Positions 25,357 through 36,090 of a stretch of 64,000 nt of DNA are shown piece by piece. The notes beneath the pieces are model-generated. The model saw nothing but the letters and a program-made list of their open reading frames with translations. It was not told the DNA's origin and ran no database searches. Positions within the stretch are counted from its first letter, which is position 1, and every line of letters begins with the position of its first letter. The DNA is from Pelagomonas calceolata. Its lineage: Eukaryota. The translations under genes were made by a program, and so were the position numbers. The stretch is taken from contig CAKKNE010000004.1 of NCBI GenBank assembly GCA_918797485.1, forward strand, positions 5,146,001 through 5,210,000, written 5' to 3'.

Positions 25357-26931
25357 ATGGAAAGCTTCACCAATGAGGGTGCCGACAGGCACGCGGGCGC
25401 GCCGGGGCCAGCGCTGCCGCCAGACGCGGCCCACGAAGGAGGGGCTGCGGCTGGAAACGTCCCTGGGGCTGCCTCGGCTGCGGCGACGCACGAAGGAGGG
25501 GCAGCGGATGATCCTGCCGGCGCGGCGCCGCCCGCCGAGGCCGCGGATGTAGCACTACCGGGAACGCCAGCGGCAGCCGCGCCCTTGCTGGCAGCTCAAG
25601 AGATTCCGGCCGCCGCGCCGGCGGTGGAGGAATCGCAGCCGCGGACGAGGCGCCCGCGGCCGGACGACGGGCAGCGCGTCGGCACGTGGCGTACCGCGCG
25701 GCGCGACAATCAAATGTCGAGGACGCCGTCGACGCGCCGGGGTGCTCTTCATGTAGTACGCTGCTCGATTTGCGCGCAGGCACGGAAGAGCGCCAGTACG
25801 TGACCGAGGTCATCCTGAGGTTCGGCGAGGGGCGCCTCCCGAACGTGCCCGACAACACGTCGCTCCGCGTCCTCCTCTCGACGGTCCTGAACTGCAGTCC
25901 CATGCGCATCACACGGTGTGTAAATCAAACTTCCGTGCTGACTCATCGGTGGATTTGCGCTCAGGCATCACGAAGAAATTCTCGGGCAGGAACGCGCTCC
26001 CGCGCGGGCGCTACCGCCGCACCGCCGCGCCGGAGCCCGCGGCTGTGTGGAAATCAAATTTCGGGCGCCCCACGCCATCGACGCGACGTGCTTTCCGTAG
26101 CTGCGTCTGCGCGATGGCGTGGAGTTTTCAGGCCATGGACGCGACGTTGTCGCCCGTGACCGCGTCGGTTCGATGGCGTGGAGGTTCACGAAGTCCACGC
26201 AATATTTCTCAGGATAACCTAACTCACTGGTTGATTTCCACACAGGCCCGCGGCCCTCGAGCGGCTCCGGACGCTCGAGCGCGCGTTCCACCGGCGCGTC
26301 CGGGACGACGGCGCGAAGCTGACGACGAGCCTCTGCGGCACGTACGACCTGCCCACGCCGCAGTCCCTCGTCGACGCCACCACCACGGCGCAGGCGTCCG
26401 CCGGTCGCCGCTCGCCGACCGCGAAGCGCTCGCGCTCGCGCTCGCGGACGGCGTCCCCGGACCCTCCGCCGACGCTGATGGCTCCGGTCCCGTCGTCCTA
26501 CGGCGCGCCGGCCCTGGCGGGGCCCTACACCGGTCCGGAGCCCGCCTACGCCGGGGCCTGGCCGGCGCCGCCGGCGCCGCCGGAGCCCCATTCTCTCTCG
26601 ATCGCGGTCGCCGGCCTGCTGGACCCTGTGTGGAAATCAAATTTACGGCGCGTTCGTCCTGAATCGCCGCGTCGTCGTTCACGCCATCGACGCGACGCCT
26701 GCTCGATGGCGTGGCCATGTCGGTTCCTCACCGCTCGACGGAGCCAGCGCGGCCACGCCATCGCCGAGAAATGACTTCGTGAAGAATTGTCGGTGCACCC
26801 GAAACACCGGTTGATTTCCACACAGGCTGGACCTTGCGCCGGTCCCGGACGCCCCCGCCGCTTCGCGCCCGGTCTCTGCTGCTCCGGCCCCGGCCCCGGG
26901 CCCCGGCACCGGAGCCCCCTTCTCTCTCTGA
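25357..26931 (+). CDS. Uncharacterised protein (about 335 aa) with a GxW-xxEExxY...LRxxLxxxLNCxPMRIxKKF domain, four introner-derived introns
   Basis: Exons 25357-25690, 25780-25905, 25965-26034, 26246-26617 and 26826-26931 total 1008 nt, in frame. The product reads GTWRTEERQYVTEVILRFGEGRLP...SLRVLLSTVLNCSPMRITKKFSG...LERLRTLERAF, a motif I recall from uncharacterised stramenopile proteins (not checked). Confidence 0.8.
25699..25779. mobile_element. Highly degenerate introner remnant (GT-AG intron 25691-25779)
   Basis: Remnant ends cggcgcgacaatcaaat / tcgatttgcgcgcag, a core resembling acgccgtcgacgcg, and a TSD matching only 4/8 (gtaccgcg / gcacggaa). Splicing restores W-R-T-E-E. Confidence 0.6.
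25914..25964. mobile_element. Minimal degenerate introner, 51 bp (GC-AG intron 25906-25964)
   Basis: Ends cggtgtgtaaatcaa / tggatttgcgctcag; TSD gcatcaca / gcatcacg. Splicing restores P-M-R-I-T-K-K-F. Confidence 0.78.
26043..26245. mobile_element. Full-length introner, 203 bp, subfamily B (GC-AG intron 26035-26245)
   Basis: Perfect 15-bp TIRs and a perfect TSD gcccgcgg; frame restored on removal. Confidence 0.93.
26626..26825. mobile_element. Full-length introner, 200 bp, subfamily A (GC-AG intron 26618-26825)
   Basis: Perfect TIRs and a perfect TSD gctggacc. The interior closely resembles the copies at 30301, 32818 and 62320, and in reverse those at 22296 and 61961. Confidence 0.93.
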
Positions 26932-27234
26932 TGAGGCGCCCTCGTGAAACATTCGAGCAACCATCGCCAAGCGGGACTCCATTTTCGGAGGACAACCCCG
27001 CCGCACCCCCACCCCTGAGCATGTGCCCGGGAACAGCTGACTCTAATAATAATTTACAGTATTAAACCGTTCTAGCATCGTAACTTATCCCGTCGACGTT
27101 TTGTCGCCTCGAGTTTTCTGGAGTAAAGGCCTTAGTTTTTCGGCGCGGTTCAGACGCACCTCTGCCGTCGAGTAACAGCTACTTACTTCGACCGTCGAGT
27201 CGAGCCAGCCTCTGGACTCAAAAAGCTCCTGTTT

Positions 27235-27256
27235 GCTAGTGTCTTACGCCGCTAGC
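27235..27256 (+). promoter_or_regulatory. Recurrent intergenic motif copy gctagtgtcttacgccgctagc
   Basis: One of six similar copies; ends 87 bp before ATG 27344 in the same orientation. Function is inferred only. Confidence 0.55.
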
Positions 27257-27343
27257 GTCGAAGGCGCGTCCAGTGGTCAAAATCCAGCAATGACCACCAA
27301 TGCTGCCCCAAGGGCTTGGGGCAGCCTTTGACGCGCCGCGGGT

Positions 27344-28552
27344 ATGCGTCGCCTCCGACTCGTGCTGCCGCTGCTCGCGGCGCTCGCGGTGCTCGTGCCG
27401 TGGTGGGCCGCACGGCGCGACACCGCCAACCCGGCGCCGGCCGCGGCGGCGCTCAATCTCGCGCGCGAGCAGGGCCGAGCCATCGCAGCGCTCCGTGCCG
27501 ACCTCGCGGCGTATCGCGCGGAGACCGCGCGGCGCCGCGAGGCGGCGACTGCCCCGCGCGAGCGGCCAGCGGCGGCCGACGGCGCGGTACGCGACGCGGC
27601 GACGCCCCCGCGCGTGCGGCCAGCTGCCGCTGAGCCGCCGCCGCCGCCACCACCGCCGGACATCACCTTTGCGCACGTGATCAACCCGATGCCGGCGGGC
27701 CACGGGCTCCACGCCGACGTCGAGGTCACGTTCGCGGCCCTCGCGCGGGCTGCGGCGTACGCGCGGGCCCGCGGCGTGGGCGTGCGGCTCCTGACCTGCG
27801 AGTTCGCCGGAGAGGCGCGGATCCGACGGCCCGCGGCGTTCGAGCCCGTGGCGAACCTGACGCGCCACGCGTTCGAGGCCTACGAGCTCGGGCGGCGCGG
27901 TGTCGCGGAGCGGCGGCTGCCCTTCGTGACGGAAATCTTCGAGAACGCCTACCGGGAGACGGAGGGCGCGCGGTTCCTCGGCTACACGAACGCGGACATC
28001 GCCGTGCAGGAGGACTTTTACGTCAAGGCGGCCGCCTACGCGAAGGCCTCCGACGCCTTCGTGATCAACCGCGTCGAGGTCGACGACAAGGACGCGAACG
28101 GCCGCCCGTACGGGCCCGCGGACCTGGAGACGCTCTACGCGCTCGGCCGGAAGCGGCCGCAGCGCCACGCCGGCTACGACTGCTTCTTCTGGCGGCGAGA
28201 CCGGACGCCCCTCGTGTCCCTGTTTGTGCGGAATGTATTCGTGGGCTACCCGCCCGTCGGGAGGCACGTCATGGAGGCGCTCCGCTGCGTCTTCGGAACG
28301 AAGTACCGCGAGATCCGCGGCGCGCACCACACGTTCCATCTCGGCGACCGGAACGGCGGCTGGTCGCAGCACGGCCAGTACGAGCACATGAACCGGCGCG
28401 CGGCGCGGCTCGCGCCGGGCCCGTTCCGCCGCGTCGCGCGCTGCGGCGCCGGCGGCGCGGACGCCGTCGCCGCGGCCGCGGCCGAGCTCCGCCGCGCGCC
28501 GTTCGAGCGGTGGGACGTCCCGGGCGCCGAGTGGCCGCCGCGCGAGGTATAA
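27344..28552 (+). CDS. Type II membrane nucleotide-sugar glycosyltransferase-like protein, 402 aa
   Basis: N-terminal hydrophobic anchor, coiled/Pro-rich stem, then FLGYTNADIAVQEDFY (NxD at the DxD position), FVINR, HAGYDCFFW and TFHLG. Confidence 0.65.
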   Translation: MRRLRLVLPLLAALAVLVPWWAARRDTANPAPAAAALNLAREQGRAIAALRADLAAYRAETARRREAATAPRERPAAADGAVRDAATPPRVRPAAAEPPPPPPPPDITFAHVINPMPAGHGLHADVEVTFAALARAAAYARARGVGVRLLTCEFAGEARIRRPAAFEPVANLTRHAFEAYELGRRGVAERRLPFVTEIFENAYRETEGARFLGYTNADIAVQEDFYVKAAAYAKASDAFVINRVEVDDKDANGRPYGPADLETLYALGRKRPQRHAGYDCFFWRRDRTPLVSLFVRNVFVGYPPVGRHVMEALRCVFGTKYREIRGAHHTFHLGDRNGGWSQHGQYEHMNRRAARLAPGPFRRVARCGAGGADAVAAAAAELRRAPFERWDVPGAEWPPREV

Positions 28553-28578
28553 ATAGTATAATTAAGTGGTATCACGGT

Positions 28579-30594
28579 TCATCCGCGCAAGAGCTTCCGG
28601 CGCTTCGTCTTCGACAGGTAGGCGCGCGCGAGCGCGGGCCGCGGGTTCGTGGCCAGCCGCACGCGAAAGAGGCAGTTCGCGGCGTCCGTGGGAACGGCCC
28701 GCACCTGTGCGGAAATCGATCCGTGAGCAAGCGTCGCGTCGATGGCGTGGAGGTTATGATGCAGCCGTATCCGAGAAGCGCCGCGTAATTTGATTTCTAC
28801 ACCCACTCGCACCAGCGAGTCCGACCTGAGGCGCACAACGACCTTGCGCTTCGCCACGCGCGCCCGGAGCAAGGGCGGTCCGAGCCAGGGCACGCCCGGC
28901 GCCCGGAGCAAGGACCTGTGTGGAAATCAAATTTCGGACGCCCCACGCCATCGACGCGACGTCGTCTCGATGGTTTAATTTCCACACAGGCAAAGACCGC
29001 AGCGCGTCGTCGTCGCCCGCGCCGTCGTCGTCGTCGTCGGACTCGTTCGAGAGCGCGGGGAGGACCTTGGCCCGCAGGATCGAGAGCGTCTTGTCGGGAA
29101 TGTCGGCGCGGAACACCGACAGCGCCGCCGCCAGCGCCAGCGCCAGCGGCCGGTCCGGCGCGCCGCCCTCCGACGCGTAGCCGATCGCGAGGAGCAGGCA
29201 CTCGCGGAAGGCCGTCGCGCCGCCGGGCGCCATGACGTCGCCGTACATGCACGTGTGCACGAGCTCCAGGGCGTGGCGCCGCGAGAGGCGCCGCCGCGAG
29301 ACGGGCGGCGGCGGCGCGTCGTCGACGGCCGAGAGGGGCCGCGCCATCATGTACGACACCTCGTCGACGCGCCGCGTCCAGTGGCGGTACGCGAGCTGCG
29401 GCACGTCCGCGCGGTCGCGGAAGCGCGACACGGCGCCGACGCGGACGAACCCGACCTTTTCGTAGAACTTCACGGCGTCCTTCGTCGCGTGGAGCACGGC
29501 GTGCGCGTGGCGGTCGTTCGCGGCGCAGTCCGCCAGCGCCTTGTCCAGCAGGCGGCGCCCGCAGCCCAGCGCGCCGAGCACGGCGACCTCGGCGAGCTTC
29601 GGCCAGACGCTGATGGCGTCGCCGTACTCCTTGTCGCGCGGCTCGCGCGTGTCGCAGGGGCCCGTCGCCTCCAGGGCGCGCGCGACGGCGCCCGAGTCGT
29701 CCACCTTGCGCAGCGTCCGGGCCTCCATCGACGACCGGTGGCAGCCGGCGGCGCCGTCGGCGACCTCGGCGGCCGACGCGTTCCGCGGCGGCCACGCGGC
29801 GCGGCGCCGCGCGACGCGCTCGTGCGGCAGGACGTCGAACGTGCCGGCGAGCGCGGCCGGGTGCGTCGACGTCCAGCGCAGCGACTTGGAGAAGGTGCAG
29901 AAGTCGCAGATGAGCACGAAGCCCTGCATGCGCCGCCGCTCGCCGCGCTCGCGCGCGACGTAGCCCTCGGGCGGCGAGGGGGCGAGGACGATGCGCTCCG
30001 CGACGTAGTCCGCCGAGAGGGGCGGCTCCAGGATCTGCTCCCAGGGCTTCAGGAGCCGCTTCGCGGCCTCGAAGCAGACGGCGACCATCTCCGGCACGAG
30101 CGCGCGCCACTCGTCGTGGCCGACGACGCGCTCGACGGTCGTGCCCGCCGCGAAGTCCGCGTCCGTGGCGCCCGCGCGCGGGATGCTGGGCATGTCGTAG
30201 GGCGCGTCCTTGTCGACGGGCGCGTGCGCCGGGCCCTCCGGGTCGCCGCCGTTCGGCGCCGCCGCCGCGCCCTGCTTGGCCCAGTTGTCGGGATGGCCGC
30301 CTGTGTGGAAATCAAAATTTTACGACGCGTTCGATTCAGCACATCGTCGTCCTCCACGCCATCGACGCGACGCCTGCTCGATGGCGTGGCGATGCCGATT
30401 CCTCGCCGCTCGACGGAACCAGCGCGGCCACGCCATCGCTGAGAAATGACTTAGTGAAGAATTGTCGGGTGCACCTGATGCACTGGTTGATTTCCACACA
30501 GTCGGCCGCGGTACTCGCCGGCGCCGTCGCCGGCGAAGGCGCCGGGCTCGACCTGCGCCGCCTCGCGCTGCGGGCGGTCGTCGGAGACGCCCAT
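28579..30594 (-). CDS. GNAT-family acetyltransferase-domain protein (about 538 aa, three introner introns)
   Basis: Exons 30594-30510, 30300-28998, 28915-28813 and 28704-28579 total 1617 nt, in frame. GNAT motifs LGALGCGRRLL...AVLHATKDAVKFYEKVGF. Confidence 0.82.
28705..28804. mobile_element. Degenerate introner, 100 bp (GT-AG intron 28812-28705, minus strand)
   Basis: Ends ctgtgcggaaatcga / ttgatttctacaccc; core gcgtcgcgtcgatggcgtgg; TSD gcccgcac / actcgcac. Confidence 0.8.
28916..28989. mobile_element. Shortened introner, 74 bp, subfamily B (GT-AG intron 28997-28916, minus strand)
   Basis: TIRs ctgtgtggaaatcaa / ttaatttccacacag; TSD gcaaggac / gcaaagac. Splicing gives A-L-R-S-L-L-R. Confidence 0.9.
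30301..30501. mobile_element. Full-length introner, 201 bp, subfamily A (GC-AG intron 30509-30301, minus strand)
   Basis: Perfect TIRs; TSD atggccgc / tcggccgc. Joins ATG 30594 in frame to the GNAT ORF. Confidence 0.92.
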
Positions 30595-31047
30595 TTTTAC
30601 GGCCTTTGCAGCAGTGGCGCGAGTCTTTTTTACCCGCTCTTTTGACTATGGAGTGCCAAAAGACTCTCGGCGAATGCCAGAGACCGGTCTTGCGGTAGGC
30701 TATTGATGTCCAATTTTAGCGCTCCGGCGGCTGCACGGTACTGCGTCCGGCCGCAGTCCGCACTCCCAGCCGCCCCAGAGCGCGGGGCGCGGAGGCGTGC
30801 CAAGTGCCAAAACGAATTTATTCGGGTTTTTGAAACCTACGGGACAGGTCTATTGCTTCCCTCTGCACCCTCGCGAGATCTATCACGCGTGGAGATGTCG
30901 TTGTACCAGTTGTTCGTCTCGAACGCCTCGTATGCCTCCTCGTGCACATTGCCAGCTCCCCCATGTTGTATGAGCGGTACGCGGTATCTATGAAAAAAAG
31001 GCGCAAACAAGCTGTGTGGACTTGTTTTCAATTGGATCGAAACAAAC

Positions 31048-32487
31048 ATGCAAAGTTTTTTGCAAATATGCATCGTATTTGCCTGCCAAGTTGGAGGCTG
31101 GAGCCTGCAGCCCACCCTGAGTGACAGCCGCAGCCGTGGTCGGGGGGCGAGGACAGTTGCAGCACCGAAAGAGAGGACAGTGCTCGCAGCAGCGCGACCA
31201 CCGACGACGAGATCAGAGGTCGTGGTCAGCGCCGAAGTCGCGGCGTCGCCAACGACGCCCGCGCCTGGCAGCGCCGCCGTCCAACTCGCCCTCTGCTGCG
31301 CCATCGGTTCGTTCTGTTCGCTAGATCGGGTGGTGATGGGCGTCGCGATCATACCGATGGCGGCCGACCTCGGCTTCAGCGAGACCATGAAGGGTCTGAT
31401 CGCTGCCGCCTTCTCGCTCGGGTACGGCTTAGGTATCGCGCCGGCCGGAGCACTGGTCTCAAAAACGGGCGCCCCGCGGCGCACGCTCGGAGGCGGGCTC
31501 CTGGCGTGGTCCCTGGCCCAGGCGGCGACCGCGCCGGCCGCGCCGATGGGCATAGCGCCGCTCCTCGCGAGCAGGACCGCGATGGGTGTGGGCGAGGCCG
31601 CGTGCCTGCCGTCGCTGCAGGTCATCGCGGCGACGGGCGTCGCCGCAGAGGACCGATCACGTTTTTGGGGCTTCCTCACAGCGTCGTTGTCGCTGGGTAC
31701 AATTGCGGCCTACGCGCTCACACCCGCGATTATTGACTGGGGCGGGTGGCCCGCAGCTTTCTACGCATGCGGCGGCGGCGGCGCGTTATTGGCGTTCGTA
31801 TGGCTCGCGACCGCCGGCGCGAGCGAGGCCGCGGCACCTGTTAAAGAAGAGCCTCGGGCGCTTCCCTGGCGACGCCTCGCGTCGTCGGAGCCCGTGTGGG
31901 CACTAGCTGCGGCCCATGCCGCTTCAAATGTGTTTCTGTACTTTTCGGTCGCCTGGCTGCCCTCCTTTTTCGTCGACGTGTTTGGAGATAGCACGGGCAG
32001 CGCGTCGACAGCGTCGCTCTTGCCATTCGTTGCGGGCGCAATTGCGGCCGTCGGCGCGGGGACGGCCTCCGACGCCATCGCGCCGACGATCGGGCTGACT
32101 CGGACGCGCAAGTACGCGCAGAGTGTCGCGACTCTCGGGCCCGCGGCGTCACTGACCGCGCTTGCTGTTCTAGAGCAGGGCGACATGCTCACGCAACCGG
32201 TCGCAGAGGCATTGCTGGTGTGTGCCGTGGCAACGCACGCGTGTTCTTGCGCGGGGCACGGCGTCGGCATCCAGGACATCTCGAAGCGCGACGCGTCGCT
32301 CGTTTATGGCGTCACGACGATCGCCGCTGTTATTGCGGGCGCGTCCGGTCAATACCTCACGGGTGCAGCGCTCGACGCGACGAACAACGACTTCGCGCCC
32401 GTGTTGCTCACGATCTCTGCGGTGCAATTGGCGGGCTTGGCGGCGTGGTGGACGTGGTGGGACTCGTCGGAACGTGTCTTCGAGTAG
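31048..32487 (+). CDS. MFS anion:cation symporter (SLC17/PHT4-like), probably plastid-targeted, 479 aa
   Basis: A signal-peptide-like start plus Ser/Arg/Ala-rich extension, then CSLDRVVMGVAIIPMA, RTAMGVGEA, WGGWPAAFY and WLPSFF, with many hydrophobic segments. Confidence 0.85.
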   Translation: MQSFLQICIVFACQVGGWSLQPTLSDSRSRGRGARTVAAPKERTVLAAARPPTTRSEVVVSAEVAASPTTPAPGSAAVQLALCCAIGSFCSLDRVVMGVAIIPMAADLGFSETMKGLIAAAFSLGYGLGIAPAGALVSKTGAPRRTLGGGLLAWSLAQAATAPAAPMGIAPLLASRTAMGVGEAACLPSLQVIAATGVAAEDRSRFWGFLTASLSLGTIAAYALTPAIIDWGGWPAAFYACGGGGALLAFVWLATAGASEAAAPVKEEPRALPWRRLASSEPVWALAAAHAASNVFLYFSVAWLPSFFVDVFGDSTGSASTASLLPFVAGAIAAVGAGTASDAIAPTIGLTRTRKYAQSVATLGPAASLTALAVLEQGDMLTQPVAEALLVCAVATHACSCAGHGVGIQDISKRDASLVYGVTTIAAVIAGASGQYLTGAALDATNNDFAPVLLTISAVQLAGLAAWWTWWDSSERVFE

Positions 32488-32698
32488 ATTCTAGTGTGTT
32501 GTAAATGTCAAGCAAGTAATGTACGGGTTTTCAGCCCGGCGCGCCGGAACAACTTAGAAGCTACTATTGGGAAGCCGTACCGCCAGGAAATCAAACGCGG
32601 CAGTTCTGCGGTATTTTGAGCTACAGCTTCGCTGGAGCGGCGCTAGATATTTCGTCGAGACGTCGTGCAAAAGTAAAAAAACCGCTGAGCGTTTTTAA

Positions 32699-35600
32699 AT
32701 GGGCCAATTCGCCTGCGAGTGCACCGCCACGGGCAGTGGCCGGGACCAGTGCGACTGGACCGACCTCTACGTTGCCCAGTTCAAGCTCCTGGACGGCTCG
32801 GTTGTGTACGTCGGCGGCTGTGTGGAAATCACGGCGCGTTCGTGCTGAATCATCGCGTGATTCGCGTGGTCCTTCACACCATCGACGCGACGCCCGCTCG
32901 ATGGCGTGGCGATGCCGGTTCCTCACCGCTCGACCGAGCCAGGACGGCCGCGTCATCGCCGAGAAATGACTTAGTGAAGAATTGTCGGGTGCACCCGACG
33001 CACCGGTTGATTTCCACACAGGTCGGCGGCGAATACGACACGTACGGCCGGATCACCTGCGCCGTCGAGGGCGGCGGCTCGGCGCAATTCACAATCGTCG
33101 ACGGCGCGGGCGGCGAGGACGCGCAGACATTCCTGACCGGTACTTACCAGTACGGCTACTACAACACCTATTCCCCGCGCGGCGACTACCCTGACGGCGG
33201 GATCGGTTGCGGCGTCCGCGCCGACGACGAATACGTCGAGGGCGTCCGCCTCAGCATCCCCGCGGACGCGCGAGACAAGCTCCAGGCCGTCGTTCCGGCC
33301 GCGATCGCAGCCAAGCTCGACCTCGACGTAGAAGGCGGCACCAGCTACATGCCGCACTTCCGCAAGGCGACGCTCGGCCGCCAAAAGACTATTCGGCGCC
33401 TCGAAGCCTACATGCGCATGGACGCGGCGGTCGCGGCAGGCGACCGGGCGGCCTTTGAGGTCGCCCAGCGCGAGATTCTCGCGGACCTGGCGCACGTGGC
33501 GGGCTCTCCGCCGTGGAGTTTTGTGTCGTGGTACGACGACACGACGGCGCGGCGCCAGGGCCACGACCTCTTCGACGAGGTGCGCAAGCTCGACGCGGCG
33601 GCGACGCCCGAGGCCTTCCAGCTCAAACGCCACGGAGACTGCATCGGTTGGGACCGCGCCGCGCTCGGGCGGGCCCTACGCGGCGAGCCGCCGGCCACGG
33701 GCCGGTCTCCGCACCCGGGACGGCCTCCTGCGGCCACGAGCAGCCGCCCCTCCCTGACGGTCGTTACCGACCGCGTGCTACTAGAGGTCGTGCCGTTCTC
33801 CACGATCGACGACGCGAACAGTTTCAACACGGCTCTGTCGGGCCGGCTCCGGAGGATCGGTCCCGCGTTCGACCGGTACCTCGAGAATGACCGGCGGAAG
33901 GCCTTCGGCACGACCAAAGCCGACGCCGACGCGCGCTTCGCGGCGCGCCTCGCGGAAGGCGCGTGCGGCTGCTGCGGCCGCGAGGACGGCCTGCTCGTTC
34001 TGTGCGACGGCTGCGAGACCGGCGCCGCGCACCCGGCCTGCGTCTCGCCTCCCCTCAACGAGAAGAAGCTGCCGGACGAGTGGTTCTGCCCCGCGTGCGG
34101 CGGCGCGCCCTTCACGACGAACGGGACGCAGCAGATCCTCGACGCCATCGACGACGCGGACGCGTCGGTCCTGCAGGACCTGCTCGCGCGCGGCGTTCGC
34201 GGAAACTCGTCCGCGGTTCTCCGCCACGCGCTGGGTTTGGTCAATGCGCCCGATGTGGTTCGCATGCTCCTCGTCGCGGGTGCGGACCCGGACGTGCCGG
34301 AAACGATCGAGAAGAAACAAGGGTGGCACGCGAACCCGATCATTAAGATCGAGGCGACGCCGCTCTTCGAAGCGCTGAAGGAGAAGAACGCGGCGTTGGC
34401 GCTCGCGCTCGTCGCGGGCGGCGCTTCCGTGGACAAGCACATCAGCGTCCAATTGGACTACAACGTGTCCACGGGCTCGCTGTACGGCTACCGCGAGCCG
34501 CCCTTCACGCGCCGATGCGCCACGACGTGTCTGTTTGAGGCCGTGTGCACCATGCCGCCCGAGGTGAACGACGCCGACGACTTCGAGGCTCTGGAGGTCC
34601 TCGTCGACACCATTCTGCGTTCGGCCAGTAACCCGAGGGCGCTCGTCCGGCACTCGGTGCAGGCCTGGGCTCACCTTCACGGCGCCTCTGGACGCGGCCG
34701 CGCCTTCGATAACGAGGGCGACACCGCCCTACTAGCCGCCGTGCAGCGACCGAGCGAACGTATTGTTAAGGCTCTCGTCAAAGCGGGTGCGCGCGTCAAG
34801 GAACTCACGCCCACGGGCTGCTCGATCCTCAGCATCTGCCGCATGGCCTACGGGCCGCTCCTCATGGCCGCGGGCGCGCCCATCAGAGTCCCCGGGAAGC
34901 CGAGCATCCTTTCGCGGGTCGTCACGGCAAGCAGCGACCGGAAGGAACGCGGTTGGTACTCTGGAGGCACCGAGAGCGAGGCGTGGCGCCGCGAGCGGCG
35001 CGCGTTTTTCGACGCTCTCCTACAAGCGCGGCCGGCCGACGTGCACACTCAAGATTCGGAAAAAGGCGAGACGGTGTTGCATCGGCTCCTGAAGCAGGGC
35101 AGCCAGCAGGCCCTGGACGTCGCGAGCCGCGACAACGGTCGCGACCGCTACTATTACAGCAGCTACTCGGGCCCTCGCGATCCTGCGGGGATCTTCTCGA
35201 TGGTGGAGGCGTGCGTCGCGGCCGGTGGCAACCTCAACCAGGCATCTGCCGACGGGGCGACGCCCTTCCTCCAGGCGGTGGCGTGGATGGACGAGGAGCG
35301 CATCTCCGCTCTTCTTAGCCTGGGCGCGGACGCGACGGTCGTCGACTCGCGCGGGCGCGGCGCGCTCCACTACGCCGTCGCGCGAGCTCAAACGGAGGTC
35401 AGCGGTTACGGTCGCGACGAAGACGAGAAGGCGACCAAGCTGGGGGCGTTGTTCCGAACGCTACTCGCGGCCGGGGCCGACCCCAAGCAGACCGGGCTTC
35501 TGAAACTCGACTGGTGCGGAAAGCATGCTATAATCGAACGCGTCACGCCGCTGGTCGCCATCGTCGCCCTCGGAGAGAACATACTGCCGTCCGAGAAAGG

Positions 35601-36018
35601 GTACGACAGCCCGAAAAAATGGAAGGTCGTGTCCGAGGTCGTGCGCGCGCTCTTCGCCGTGTCGGACCTGACCGCGCAGTTGCGCGACGAGAACCTGCTG
35701 ACGCTGTGCGTCTCGTGGGCGCCCATCGAGTTCGTGCTCCAGTTGTTGGACGGTGCCGAGCTGAACCTCGACCAGACTGGAACGGACGGCGACACGCCGC
35801 TCATCCGCGCCTTGAAGCTGCCCGACGACGGCGACACGAAAGCTGAGAAGTACGGGGCCGCGAAGTCGGCGCTGGTCGAGCTCTTGTTGGCGCGCGGCGC
35901 GGGGCCGAACGTGTGCGACGACGAGGGCCATTCGCCCCTCTACCACGCGGGCTACCAGAAGCGCATGGGCGACGTCATCCGCAAGGCCGGCGGGTACCGG
36001 TCCAACATCGAGACGTGA
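32699..36018 (+). CDS. PHD-finger and ankyrin-repeat protein (about 1,035 aa, one introner intron)
   Basis: Exons 32699-32809 and 33022-36018. PHD CGCC...LLVLCDGC...HPACVSPPL...WFCPAC; ankyrin motifs GDTALLAA, GETVLH, GATPFLQA, GRGALHYA, GDTPLIRA and GHSPLYHA. Confidence 0.88.
32818..33021. mobile_element. Full-length introner, 204 bp, subfamily A (GT-AG intron 32810-33021)
   Basis: TIRs ctgtgtggaaatca / tgatttccacacag with a perfect TSD gtcggcgg. Phase-0 join V-Y|V-G-G-E-Y. Confidence 0.93.
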
Positions 36019-36090
36019 ACGCCCCCCCCCCCAACCCCACCCCCCGCGCACTCTGGGTAAGAACCACCACAAATGCGACGCATATACAAA

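Noticed and set aside
32719..33021. N-terminus of the 1099-aa ORF as given in the track
   Set aside because: It reads through an introner. The true start is more plausibly ATG 32699 in another frame, joined by splicing.
36021..36045. C-rich tract as a G-quadruplex terminator or telomeric repeat
   Set aside because: A single irregular tract with no periodicity and no further support.
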